A DNA stretch of 61,491 nucleotides from assembly GCA_029762535.1 (NCBI GenBank), contig JARVGK010000018.1, positions 1 to 61,491 on the forward strand, read 5' to 3'. Under the pieces are notes generated by a model that was not told the DNA's origin, did no database searches, and saw only the letters and a list, made by a program, of their open reading frames with translations. How positions within the stretch are numbered: position 1 is the stretch's first letter; the number at the start of each line of letters is the position of its first letter. Position numbers and translations under genes: made by a program. Positions 28,754 through 39,400 of the stretch are shown here, in pieces. This DNA is from Thermoplasmatota archaeon (GTDB taxonomy: Archaea > Thermoplasmatota > Penumbrarchaeia > Penumbrarchaeales > Penumbrarchaeaceae).

Positions 28754-31657
28754 TCATTCCTCGTATAGGTCTCTTCGCTTCTTCCTTGTGAGCAGGAAGG
28801 CCATGGCGATCAAGAGAAAGAGGAACAGGATGGCCATCAAAAGATATATCCACACTGCCACCGGCCCCTCTTCCTTCACCTCATCTTTGGGCACATAGCT
28901 GAACGAGAACGAATGCCATTGGGTATCGTTCGGTCCCTTATCCCGGGCAGAGATATGGAAGCTGATCCTCTCGCCTTGGGCCCATCCGGGATCCTCGAGG
29001 ACCAGCACGTACTTGCCGTTGCCTGGAGGGTCCTCGCTCATCTTCAACGACCGGCCGTCCGAGAGAACTACCCACATCACCTGATACGGGTCCCCGCGCA
29101 CCGTTATCGAAAGCATACCGTCCGTGTTCTCATATTCTATTCCTGACACCTTCAACCGGTACACGATCGTGTCGTTGATGGCGATGACCCGCACTTCCAG
29201 GGCGATCGCATCGGAGAGGGCCCCCTCGGGGTCCTTCAAACTGAACTCTATCACCATCTCATCGATCACCGTTCCCAAGGGCATGCTGACATTAAGGGTC
29301 AGCCCATCGACCGTGCAATAAGGGCAGTCGGTAACTATACTGAGGTCCTCGTTCGGGCTCTCAACGTCATAGATGATGAAGGGATATTCCTCCAGATCGA
29401 TGATGAGGAACCCGCCTTCATGAACGGTGAATCTGTGGTCCTCCCTGATGGAGATATGAGGTGGATCGTTCACGGGCAGTATGGTGACCTCGAAGACCAC
29501 GAGCGTCTCACCGCCGGAGCTGTCCTTGAGAAGGGTCGATATGTTAGAGTACCCGAAAGCGTCAGGCATTGGTGCTATCCTCAATGTATCGTTATCGAGG
29601 ACGGAGACCGATCTGAACATCTCAGACACCTCGAGGACATACCATGACAAGGAGGTGCCCTCGGGATCGAAAGGCTCGAGGGAGAGAAGATCGAAATAGA
29701 GTACCTGGTCCTCCAGCATGACTATGGTGGTGTTGGGGTTTCCGAGCTGTGGGGGGTCGTTCACGGGCGAGACCTTGACCAAACACTCGTGGGAGACGTT
29801 GAGCTCACCGTCCGAGAGGTCCAGCCTGATCCTTCCGATCCCCGACCAGTCCTTCGCCGATCCTATCCTCAGCAAGGCCCCGGCGATCGTTGCCTGGACC
29901 TCGCCCTCGATGACCGTGACGTTCCATACTATCTCAGTGCTGTCCACATCGCCGCCGTGATCGAGGAGGTCGAATTCCAAAAATGAGTCCTCGTCCATTT
30001 CGATGACGTCCGGGAAGTCTATAAAAGGGGGATCGTTCACAGGTTCCACGATGAAGGTCATGTTGAGGAACAGGGTAAGCGGTTCAGGGTCGGTTATCGA
30101 GATGGTCACCCATGTGCTGCCGTGCCAGTCCTTCTCTCTGGGAAACACGATGAGGTATGGGTTCGACACCGTGGCGACAAGATCGGGGGATCCCAGGACA
30201 CTTATCTCCAATTCCTCGAATGCGTCATCGGGATCGTCCACATAGAAGGAGAGGTCTATGAAGGACGATCGATCCTCCAGAAGGGTCATATTCTTCAAAG
30301 GGACGATCAGCCTGGGAGGGTCATTAACGGGATCCACTATTATCTGGACCAGCGTCCAAACGGACAGCCCGTCGTGGTCGATCGCCCTTATCATCAACTG
30401 GGCGGCGCCGTTCATGTCCTGTTTGGAGAGGAGAACGAGGGTCTCGTTGTCTATGATGGCCTTCAAAAGGGTGATGTTCTTTTCAAGGCTCCAGTTCCCC
30501 GTCTCGTTCCTTATCTCGAAGGTCAGATGGTCCCAATCGTCAGGGTCTCTGAAGACGTTGTTGAGATCGAAACGATGCTCTCCGAAGTCCTCCATGAGCC
30601 TTATCTCCCTGTTCTCCGGGACGTAGTAAGGCGCCTCGTTCATCCTCCAAGTGTCCAGGCCGGACTTCTCACTGCCGTCCATGTAACGCAGACCTATTCT
30701 GTCGTCGGAGGCAAGGTCCGTGAGCCAGGACCATCCGATCAGCTCGAGTTCCAACCCTTGGTCCCTGGTCAGCCTGTTCACGGCATCGACGATGAAGGAG
30801 GATTGGGCGGCCTCGCCGCCGAAGGCCGAGAACGATGGCCATGCGATCTCGCTGAACCCCATGGGTTTCATTGCTATGAGATCGTGGGCGCCAGAGTAAT
30901 AATCGTCGGGTATGTCAGATAGGGAATTGATGCCCATTACCGAATGGGGATATGATGTGAGCACGACGATATCCAGCTTGTCGGGATCGAACATCGACAT
31001 TAAAGAGAGGTTTGCCTCCCTGTTCTCGGACACGATCTCCCTGGCGAAGGTGCAGAACACCGTCGTGTTAGGGGAGAGGGCCTTCACATCATCGTAAATT
31101 TCCTCGTACAGGCTGACCCAATGCCTGAAGGCGTGATCGTCCATGGGATCGTCGCCATACTTCTCGTACCATCTGTTGACCTCGTTCCCCAGAGAGAGGT
31201 ACTTCGGAGAGGACGCATTGACGACGTCCAAGGCGGCCTTGCGATATTCCCCCCTCCACTCGGGATCGCTCAGTGAAGGAGAGGATATCCCTGGAGGCGA
31301 TATCAAGGACATTCCCTGGCCGTGGAAATTCACGTGTATGAGGGGGAACATCCCGTTGCCTCTGATCAGGTCCTCGACATATAGGTCCCCCCAGGACCCC
31401 CCAAGGTCCGAGGGGAGGTCGTAGAAAGGTGTTGGCCTGCCCCATACCGGGACGAACTGGGTGTAGGACGAGGCCTCTTTGTAGGTGTCGGCGAGATCCT
31501 CGCCCGCGGCGGGCGTCGGCAGTATGCCCCGGTGGAACCCGATCGGATGCAGTTCGGGATGGTCCTTGGGTTCGACCCCGGAAGCGGGAAAAACCATCAA
31601 TGGAGTGGTGAGAACGATCAAGGCCAGGAAGATAGAGTATGTACTCATTCCATGCAC
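28754..31657 (-). CDS. Surface protein: TIM-barrel glycoside-hydrolase-like domain, tandem cadherin/Ig-like repeats, TM anchor
   Basis: LSLGNEVN and GFSEIAW (clan GH-A-like Glu pair); repeated PVNDPP...ED; TM then RKKRRDLYEE. Confidence 0.75.
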   Translation of the reverse strand: MHGMSTYSIFLALIVLTTPLMVFPASGVEPKDHPELHPIGFHRGILPTPAAGEDLADTYKEASSYTQFVPVWGRPTPFYDLPSDLGGSWGDLYVEDLIRGNGMFPLIHVNFHGQGMSLISPPGISSPSLSDPEWRGEYRKAALDVVNASSPKYLSLGNEVNRWYEKYGDDPMDDHAFRHWVSLYEEIYDDVKALSPNTTVFCTFAREIVSENREANLSLMSMFDPDKLDIVVLTSYPHSVMGINSLSDIPDDYYSGAHDLIAMKPMGFSEIAWPSFSAFGGEAAQSSFIVDAVNRLTRDQGLELELIGWSWLTDLASDDRIGLRYMDGSEKSGLDTWRMNEAPYYVPENREIRLMEDFGEHRFDLNNVFRDPDDWDHLTFEIRNETGNWSLEKNITLLKAIIDNETLVLLSKQDMNGAAQLMIRAIDHDGLSVWTLVQIIVDPVNDPPRLIVPLKNMTLLEDRSSFIDLSFYVDDPDDAFEELEISVLGSPDLVATVSNPYLIVFPREKDWHGSTWVTISITDPEPLTLFLNMTFIVEPVNDPPFIDFPDVIEMDEDSFLEFDLLDHGGDVDSTEIVWNVTVIEGEVQATIAGALLRIGSAKDWSGIGRIRLDLSDGELNVSHECLVKVSPVNDPPQLGNPNTTIVMLEDQVLYFDLLSLEPFDPEGTSLSWYVLEVSEMFRSVSVLDNDTLRIAPMPDAFGYSNISTLLKDSSGGETLVVFEVTILPVNDPPHISIREDHRFTVHEGGFLIIDLEEYPFIIYDVESPNEDLSIVTDCPYCTVDGLTLNVSMPLGTVIDEMVIEFSLKDPEGALSDAIALEVRVIAINDTIVYRLKVSGIEYENTDGMLSITVRGDPYQVMWVVLSDGRSLKMSEDPPGNGKYVLVLEDPGWAQGERISFHISARDKGPNDTQWHSFSFSYVPKDEVKEEGPVAVWIYLLMAILFLFLLIAMAFLLTRKKRRDLYEE

Positions 31658-32000
31658 CGCCTCCTTATTCTTCGATATCGTATATATCCATTGTCGTGAA
31701 TGATCGGATCATGGAGGGGGATCGATATCTCCTCATCTGTAAAAATGGTATCCCATGGCTCGGGTCTGAGAAGACCATTGTGACAGTAGATATGTAAGGC
31801 GTGAACGGATAATTATATATACCCTACGTTTATATGTACATAATAAACAGATAATATTATATATGAATTCGAGGGATTCGACACCGTATATGCTTGCAGG
31901 GCAGGGGTCCAAGAAGAAGAAGAACGGGGGACGTTTGTGTGATGTCCTTTCTTCATCGATGATCGGCCATCTTTCCTGATATTATTTTCGATGAGGTGGA

Positions 32001-33239
32001 TCAGAACGGATTGACCATTGACCCGTAGAATATTAGGTTCATCGCCTGGACGAGAAGGGCGCAGGCAAGGAACGCTATCAGTCCCCATAGGACAGAGAGC
32101 GGCAGACCTGGCATTATCGAATCCTTTTCGAGGTAGGAGAGCGTCTGTTTCAATCCCAATATTATCGCACATGCGACCAGGACCGTGAACAGAAGGGCTA
32201 TCAATTCCCCCCATAAGAACTGGTAGTAACCCATCCAGGGCATCTTCAGCATGAACCAGGTGAACGCCGTTGAGGAGAGCAGCGAGAAGAAGATGAAATC
32301 GCCTATACCCAAAGAATAATGCTTCCCCTCGTAGAGGCCGTATGAGGTTATGTCCTCTCCCTTATCCACGCGAAGAAGGCCCTTGGCCCTCCGCTTCTTA
32401 ACGACCGCGGGTGCGGAGGGTGAACGTTCGGTCCTGTGAGAAGGCTTGTTGGCCAGGGCCGACCTCTCCTTCTCCGATTCGGTCACGATATCCTTGATCA
32501 CCCCCCTCTTCGCAGCCCATAGGTCCCAGAGGGAAACTCCTATCAAGAGGAAGATCACGAAGCTGATCGGCAGGACCACGGCAAGGAAAGGCCCCAACAG
32601 TATGGTGAAGGCTATCAGCGCCGGGTTCTTCCGCCGGGGCTCGAGGGACCTGAAGACCATGTTCAGGACAATATAGGTCCCGGCGGAGAAACCCGCCACC
32701 AGGGCAAATATGTAAAAGTGGGCTCCCAGCGTCACCTGTATCCCCAAGGCGCCTTTTAGGAAATCCCTGAACATGTATATGTAAAGGAACAGGGACAGCG
32801 AGGAGCACATCCAGATCGCTCCCGCGAATATCATCTTGAGAGTGAGCTTCCTTCTCCTTTTGAAGAGGAAGAACAGCCCGAAGGCGGAAATGATCGCGAT
32901 GCCCACCATGACGAGGGCGTTCAGGATCCCTTTTAAGATCGCCCCCTTAGGAGTGGACTGGTTGACCTCCTGCTGCCCGCCTGTCTGGTTGGTGAGGGTC
33001 ACGTTCTCCCTGGCATCGGGGATCGTCCTGTCGATGAACACATCCGGAACGATGCTCACGGTGGTTGTCTTGTCATCGGAAATGCCCTTGAAGAACGAGG
33101 AGGATCCCACCACGTCCCCGGCGAGGGTCCGGGCCCTTTGAAAATCACCATAGAGAGTGGTGAACACCAAGGGGACGGACATGAACAATACGAGAACGAC
33201 CGGGGCATACATGGTCCAGCGTCTGTCCCTCATGGTCAT
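32001..33239 (-). CDS. Presenilin-family (A22) intramembrane aspartyl protease
   Basis: About nine TMs; SLWDLWA (first Asp), LGIGDFIFFSLL (GxGD), PGLPLS (PAL-like). Start set at MTMRDRR to avoid overlap. Confidence 0.85.
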   Translation of the reverse strand: MTMRDRRWTMYAPVVLVLFMSVPLVFTTLYGDFQRARTLAGDVVGSSSFFKGISDDKTTTVSIVPDVFIDRTIPDARENVTLTNQTGGQQEVNQSTPKGAILKGILNALVMVGIAIISAFGLFFLFKRRRKLTLKMIFAGAIWMCSSLSLFLYIYMFRDFLKGALGIQVTLGAHFYIFALVAGFSAGTYIVLNMVFRSLEPRRKNPALIAFTILLGPFLAVVLPISFVIFLLIGVSLWDLWAAKRGVIKDIVTESEKERSALANKPSHRTERSPSAPAVVKKRRAKGLLRVDKGEDITSYGLYEGKHYSLGIGDFIFFSLLSSTAFTWFMLKMPWMGYYQFLWGELIALLFTVLVACAIILGLKQTLSYLEKDSIMPGLPLSVLWGLIAFLACALLVQAMNLIFYGSMVNPF

Positions 33240-33338
33240 TGGCACATCCCTTGGCCGTAAAAAGCCTTTCGGCTGAAATATCGTAATATTGCCGGGCGAC
33301 AAAACGTATATTAGATGCGTGGATGTTCGCTCCATCAG

Positions 33339-34001
33339 ATGGATGTACGCCTCGCGATGTTCCTCGCTTCCATCATAAGCCTTCTGCCAACCTTTGGGAT
33401 GCTGACCCTGGCGACCTGGTGGTACGAGCGCAAGTTGGATGAGAAGGACCTCAATATCACATATATCATAGGGATATTCATCGGCATAATCGTCGTTGTC
33501 GCCCATATCTACTTCTCGATAACGTACGGATTGACCTTTCTCGTCATCCCAGTGGGGATACTGCTGAGCCTCGGAGAGGTCCTCCTATACAGGATATACG
33601 CCAACAGGAAGAAGTTCAGGGGCCGGACGGACGTCCCGTTCATGATATTCTCCTTCTCGCTTGGGATCTCGGGCGCCTATCTCCTGTTCATCTCCGGCCA
33701 ATACTTCGCCAACTTCGACATCGGCGCCGAGAGCTTTCTAGGGCTCGTGCTGTTCGCTGTGGGTGTGCCTGCAATTCGCGGTGGGACCGCGCTCATCTTC
33801 TGCAGGAGATGGATGGGCAGGATGCCGCTGCACAAGGTCCTTGCTTTCCCAACGATAATGCTGGGCCTCTTCAACATCCTGGCCATGCTCTACCTCGCCG
33901 GAGGGTTCCTTTGGCCGTTCTCGGCGGGATGCTCGGTGATGGGAGTCCTGTCCCTGGCGGCATCGTTCAGGGACCTGTCGAAGGTCCCGGACCTGGCCTA
34001 A
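33339..34001 (+). CDS. Hypothetical multi-pass membrane protein
   Basis: About seven hydrophobic segments; divergent from the presenilin gene. Confidence 0.7.
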   Translation: MDVRLAMFLASIISLLPTFGMLTLATWWYERKLDEKDLNITYIIGIFIGIIVVVAHIYFSITYGLTFLVIPVGILLSLGEVLLYRIYANRKKFRGRTDVPFMIFSFSLGISGAYLLFISGQYFANFDIGAESFLGLVLFAVGVPAIRGGTALIFCRRWMGRMPLHKVLAFPTIMLGLFNILAMLYLAGGFLWPFSAGCSVMGVLSLAASFRDLSKVPDLA

Positions 34002-35071
34002 GGGCCCTCTATCACTCCGGTCTCCATAGCGACCTTCTCGGCCGCTGCCCTCGTGATCCCGTCCCCCAATATCGTATAGCGTTCGGGCCTGATCCCGTGG
34101 GCCTTGGTGAGGGCTTCGACTATATCCTCGTCGTTCACCCCGATCCCGGATGCGGTGACCGGAGCGCCCAGGAGGACCAGGGCGTCCCTTATCTGCCGCC
34201 AGTCACCTCCGTGCAGATACATCATCATTATCGTCCCGATACCGCACTCGATCCCATGAAGGGGCGGTTTCCGGGCGATCATGTCCAGGGCATGCGCGAA
34301 CATGTGCTCCGAACCGCTCGCGGGCCTTGTGGAACCGGCGATCGACATGGACACGGATGAGCTTACCAGGGCCTTAACGACGACCCTGGCCGATTCCTCG
34401 AGATGCGGTTTGATCGCTCCGGCCCGCTGAAGGATCATCTTGGCGGTCATCTCGGAGAGGGCCGCCGCATATTCGCTGAACGGCTCTCCTTTTAACCTCT
34501 TCGATAGCTTCCAATCCAAGACCGCGGTATAGTTGGATATGACATCGGCGCATCCGGAGACGAGAAGCTCTTTGGGGGAATCGGCGATTATCCTTGTATC
34601 GGCTATGACCAGGATCGGGGACCTCGCCGGGATCGATTTCTTCCTGCCGTCCATCTCGATGGAGGCCCTGGAAGAGGCTATGCCGTCGTGGGATGCAGCG
34701 GTGGGTACCGATACGAAGTCAAGGTCATGCCTGGTGGCCACGTATTTGGCGACGTCGATGGGCCTGCCGCCTCCAACGCCGATGATGAAGCTGTTCGAGC
34801 GGCCCTCCACCAGTTCATCGACGGCCCATGTGGACACATCCGTAGCTCCTTCTATCACGATGATCTCGGTATCATAGTCGGAGCCCTCAAGAGATGAGGA
34901 CACCCTTCGTCCCGCTATCTCGGACGTCGTCCTGTCACACACGATGACGGCGCGCCCCTTGAGATGGTATCTGGAGCATAGCTGGCCTACCTCTTCCACG
35001 GCATCGCTCTTGATCATCACTGCCCTTGGCATCTCCATGACGGAGGGCCTCTCGAAACTATCGCTTTCCAT
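33998..35071 (-). CDS. egsA: sn-glycerol-1-phosphate dehydrogenase
   Basis: GVGGGRPIDVAK, VPTAASHDGIAS, RPASGSEH, LHGIECG, RPERYTILG. Confidence 0.97.
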   Translation of the reverse strand: MESDSFERPSVMEMPRAVMIKSDAVEEVGQLCSRYHLKGRAVIVCDRTTSEIAGRRVSSSLEGSDYDTEIIVIEGATDVSTWAVDELVEGRSNSFIIGVGGGRPIDVAKYVATRHDLDFVSVPTAASHDGIASSRASIEMDGRKKSIPARSPILVIADTRIIADSPKELLVSGCADVISNYTAVLDWKLSKRLKGEPFSEYAAALSEMTAKMILQRAGAIKPHLEESARVVVKALVSSSVSMSIAGSTRPASGSEHMFAHALDMIARKPPLHGIECGIGTIMMMYLHGGDWRQIRDALVLLGAPVTASGIGVNDEDIVEALTKAHGIRPERYTILGDGITRAAAEKVAMETGVIEGP

Positions 35072-35143
35072 GTGCTCACATCGATCGACTGTTTGAGAAT
35101 GTGAAAGCTTTATATTTATACTGCGATACTATCAAGGATATCA

Positions 35144-35965
35144 ATGTCCGAGGTATCAAGCCTACTGTTCGATTCCGACAAGCACCATAACCTATCCATC
35201 GTCCTTTCCGATGAGGCGGATTTCATAAATCAGGTCATGGACAGGGTCCAATCTGACCGAACCATCGTCCTCACATCCAGGGACAAGGACGTCCAGGTCA
35301 AAGAAGGGGTCATCTACTATACATACAGCAGGAACCTGGAGAACTCGATCTACTTCATGAACTTCATCGAGAGGCTGATATTTCGGATATTCCTGGGCGG
35401 CTACATCACGAATGACATGGACGTCATACTGATTTCGGACTACCCGTTCAGGTTCATGCTGGAGTTCAACTCGTCCTCCATGCCCTTCTACCGCGTCATG
35501 GACCAGCTCAAGGACGCCATCGACCGCGAGGTTATCGAGACCATACTCAAGATCCTCTTCGAGATCCATCTGGAGGGAAGGGAGGGGAAGCATATCGGCA
35601 CGCTGATCATCGTCGGGGATGTGGACAGGGTCATGGATAGGAGCAGACAGCTTGTCATCAACCCCTATCATGGACAGGAGGAGAGCGCAAGGTCCATCAT
35701 GACCCATGAGAACTGGGAGTCCGTAAAGGAGTTCGCCCAGTTGGACGGAGCTTTCGTTCTGGACCCCAAGGGCAGGGTGATCTCCGCCGGCAGGTACATC
35801 ATGGTCGACCCGCAGGTCCAGACGACAGGTGGTCTCGGCGGCAGGCATCTCGCCGCTGCCTCAATTACCCATACGACAGATGCCGTATCGTTCGCGCTAT
35901 CGTCATCCGGGGTGGTCAGGGTGTTCAGAAAGGGAAAGGTGGTCCTAAAAGAGGATCTCAATTGA
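35144..35965 (+). CDS. dacZ: Diadenylate cyclase, DacZ type
   Basis: EGREGKHIGT, KEFAQLDGAF, GLGGRHLAAASIT. Confidence 0.88.
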   Translation: MSEVSSLLFDSDKHHNLSIVLSDEADFINQVMDRVQSDRTIVLTSRDKDVQVKEGVIYYTYSRNLENSIYFMNFIERLIFRIFLGGYITNDMDVILISDYPFRFMLEFNSSSMPFYRVMDQLKDAIDREVIETILKILFEIHLEGREGKHIGTLIIVGDVDRVMDRSRQLVINPYHGQEESARSIMTHENWESVKEFAQLDGAFVLDPKGRVISAGRYIMVDPQVQTTGGLGGRHLAAASITHTTDAVSFALSSSGVVRVFRKGKVVLKEDLN

Positions 35966-35968
35966 GGA

Positions 35969-36459
35969 ATGGTATCTAAGCCTTGGGTTCTTTTCCCCCG
36001 TAGAAGATATTCTGATCGCCCAGCTTTTGAATCTGCTGGTGCGCAGGTTGCTGGTTCTCCTGGCAAAGCGGCTGGGCGACTCCTCGATGGTCGACGAGGT
36101 CATAGGCGGATTGGTCCTTTCCCCCTTGCTGCTGAACATCCTCTCGATGGACCATGACATATCTCTCTTCATCGATTTCGGGATCATCGTGATCATGTTC
36201 CATTCAGGGCTGTTCACCGATCTCTCATCTTTCAGGTCCCAGAAGGTCATCTCGATCGTGGTCGGGGCGCTCGGGGTCGCCGTTTCCTTCCTGTTCATAT
36301 TCTGCCTGACCCCTCTTATTGATACAGTTCGGACCGGAGAAGGGATTGAACGATCAGGGACAGTTCTCTGCGGTCATCATAGTCACCCTGAAGACCATCA
36401 TCCTGACGCCTGTGTTGTTCAAGATCGTCCAGGGGCGGATCGAGGAACTACATATCTGA
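35969..36459 (+). pseudogene. Internally deleted cation:proton antiporter (CPA2/Kef-like) pseudogene
   Basis: N-terminal AKRLG..MVDEVIGGLVLSP..FGIIVIMFHSGLFTDL, then a frame change to a terminal helix FSAVIIVTLKTIILTPVLFK..*; the middle TMs are missing. Confidence 0.65.
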
Positions 36460-36473
36460 TCCGCAAGATGCCC

Positions 36474-39400
36474 TTATGGGGTATCCGGGACTTCCCCGGT
36501 TCTGATCTCCCCTTCCCCGGCATCCTGTCCCATGGAGGAGGGATCCTCCTTGGATGGAACGCCTGGAGAAGGAGATGTCGCCGGTGGCAGGTCCGGCCGG
36601 GCGGTCCCCGGAAGGGGAGCAGGCGGCATCGGAGCCATCAGCCCCCCTGGCGGGGGAAGTTGAGCGGCCTGCGCATCCCTGCTCCTCTTGACGAGCACGG
36701 CTGCGACCAGGACTATGACCACCAGGAGGAGGAGCAGGAGTATGGCGACCGCTACGATCAGAAGGGTATCGTCCCCCTCGTCCTCAGGCTGGAGCGTGCC
36801 TCCGCCTCCGCCGCCGTTACCGCCTCCCTCCACCACTTTGACGTAGATCTGGAAGGGACCGTATATCTGCTCGGATTCGAAACCCTTGGACGAGTCGTCC
36901 CGCGCCAATATCCTCACCTCGTAATCCCCCGTGGTCAAACCCGAGGTGTTCCATACGAACGAGGTGCCTGAGATCTCGGAGGCGACGAGCGTCCATTCGC
37001 CCGTTCCGAACTTCCTGTAGTAGAAGGAATACATTATGCGGTCTCCGTCAGGGTCATCCCCGGACCAGGCGAAGGTTATCTCGCCAGTTACGTTACTTCC
37101 CTTCGCCGGGACCTGGGAGAACTCCACGGTCGGGGGATCGGGATTGTCGATGACCACGCCCTCGAAAATATGCAGGGCAAAGAGGTCCTCCTCGACCGGA
37201 TCGGGTATTTCGACCTTCAGATAATAGGTGCCGTCCGGGACGTTCGTGACGTCCCATTTGAACGACCCCGTATTCAATATACCTTCCGCCAGGGCGATCC
37301 AATTCACCTTGTCGGTCGAATAGTATACGTTCAGGGTCAGAAGCTCGGTCTCACCCGGGTTCGGGTCCTCTGCTATCCATGTGAAGGTCCCCGAACCGGA
37401 GAGGTCCTTGTTAGGCATGATGGGGGACGAGATGACCGGACTTTTGGGATTGTAGACCTCGAAATAGATCGTGTACGCCGGGGACGTGAGACCTCTTTTG
37501 TCCTTAACTATGAGTTTCAAGGTGTACGTACCGTCCCCGTCCTCGAGCTCGTCCGTGAACCACTCGTAAGTTCCGGTGTTAGGATAGTCCACCACTATTT
37601 CTGTCCAGTATCCCGATATGCTCGACATGTACCATAGATCGACCTTCAGGTCGGATGGGGCGTCCTCCCTGTCGCTGGCGGACCATTCTATCTCGACCGC
37701 TCCGGTCACCTTGTCGTCCTGTTCGGGATTCAGGAATGACCCTATGGGGGCCTCGTTGTTGTAAATCGCGAACACTGGGGTCTCTACCTCCGCGTACATT
37801 CCCGTCGTGTCGATGACCCTGAGACGCAGGCGGTAATTGGTCCCGAAGGGCAGCTGTGTCGTGTCGAACGCCCTCGTACCTGAGTTGGCCAGCCCGGTCT
37901 CGTACGCCTCGTAATCCTCGCCTCCGTTTCTGGACAGATAGATGTTGATAAGCAAGTTCTGAGTAGCGTCCTCCTCATCGAGGGCGGTCCACCTTATGTA
38001 GACGGTACCGGAGAGCTCCAGGTCCTCGACGTTGATGGAATTCAGCTCTATCGTAGGGGGATCGGGGTTGTTTATGGTGAACTCGAAAGAGGTGACAGCC
38101 TCCGATGTCATGTTATCAGTGTCCGTGACGATCGCCAGTATCCTGTACTTGGTGTTGTCCGGAACTCTGGGGTCCATGGTATCCCATGAAAAGGAACCGG
38201 TGTTGGGCAGGTCCTCGGCAATTGCGGTCCAGGGATCGGTGGACCTCTTGTAGAAGAGGCTCACGAGAAGGTCCTCCACATCGTCCTCGTCGTCCGCTGC
38301 GGCCCAGATTATGTCAATGACACCCTGGGCTACGTTCCCGCTCCTGAACTGCGAGGAGATATCGTCCTCGAGCAGGATTATCTGGGGGGGATCCGGGTTG
38401 AGCACGCTAACGTTGAATAGAGTGGTTGTCACGTCCTCCCAGTAATCGGTGCACGTTATTCTGACCTGGTATTCGCCGTCGGGATAGAGGTAGGTTCCCC
38501 CACTCATGTCGGCGGTCTTCCAGATGAACTTGCCCTCGGTCCTGGAAAGCGTGTTCCAGGTCGATGCCGATCTCTTCTTGATCTCGACCTTCGAACTTAT
38601 CTTGTCGTCCGCGGCGTCCGGATCGGAGGCATTGAATGTGATCTCCACATCTCCGGAGATTACCGCCCCCTCGGAAGGCGATATGTCCGATATCGACGGC
38701 GGAGTGCCCTCGACCTCGAGAACCCTGAACTTCTTGTGATCGTTCGCGATCCAGCCAAGGTACGCCTTGTTGTTGGTGCCGTGCCTCCTCGGGTGAGCGT
38801 TCTGCATGAGGATGGCGTTCGCCTCCACCTTGATGTTGTCGAAATCCGGGTCCTCCACCGTAAAGGTGAACTCGACCCAGGCCTTGGTGTCGTCGTGGCC
38901 GGCCTTGGCCTCGATGGATATCATGGCCGTCCCCACCCTCGCGTTTATCCTGTTCTTTATGTTGGTCTCGGTCGCGGTGTGATTCGGGTCTGTGTTCCCG
39001 CCGACCCAGGGGTCCATGCCGTCGATGATGTACCTGGGTATGCCCGTGCCGATGTTGTAGCTGCTTCTCCTGGCCGTTGCGACCGATAGTGGGGTCCCGG
39101 TCCCGTATGTCCCTCCGCCGCTGTGCCATTCGACGCCTATGTACTTCTCGGGGAACCAGTTGGAATCGTGGTCCATCCTGTCCATCGCTCCCACGACCGC
39201 GGTGCAGTATCCGCACCATGTCGCGGTGAAATCCTCCATCAGGATGCGCTGTTTCGTTCCCGTATCGACCGTCTCGCCATCCAGCTCCACGAACACCACC
39301 TGATAGATATCGCCGCAGTCGGCGGTCGTTGACTGGGCCCCCAGGTTCTCCTTTACCTTGACTCGGTTCATGTCCTGGAGGAAGACGACGAAGGCGATGT

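Noticed and set aside
31660-32000. AT-rich gap and ORF 31813-32214
   Set aside because: No recognisable product or structure; probably promoter-containing intergenic DNA.
36027-36971. 314-aa ORF
   Set aside because: Pseudogene frame running into the antisense strand of the Omp28-like gene.
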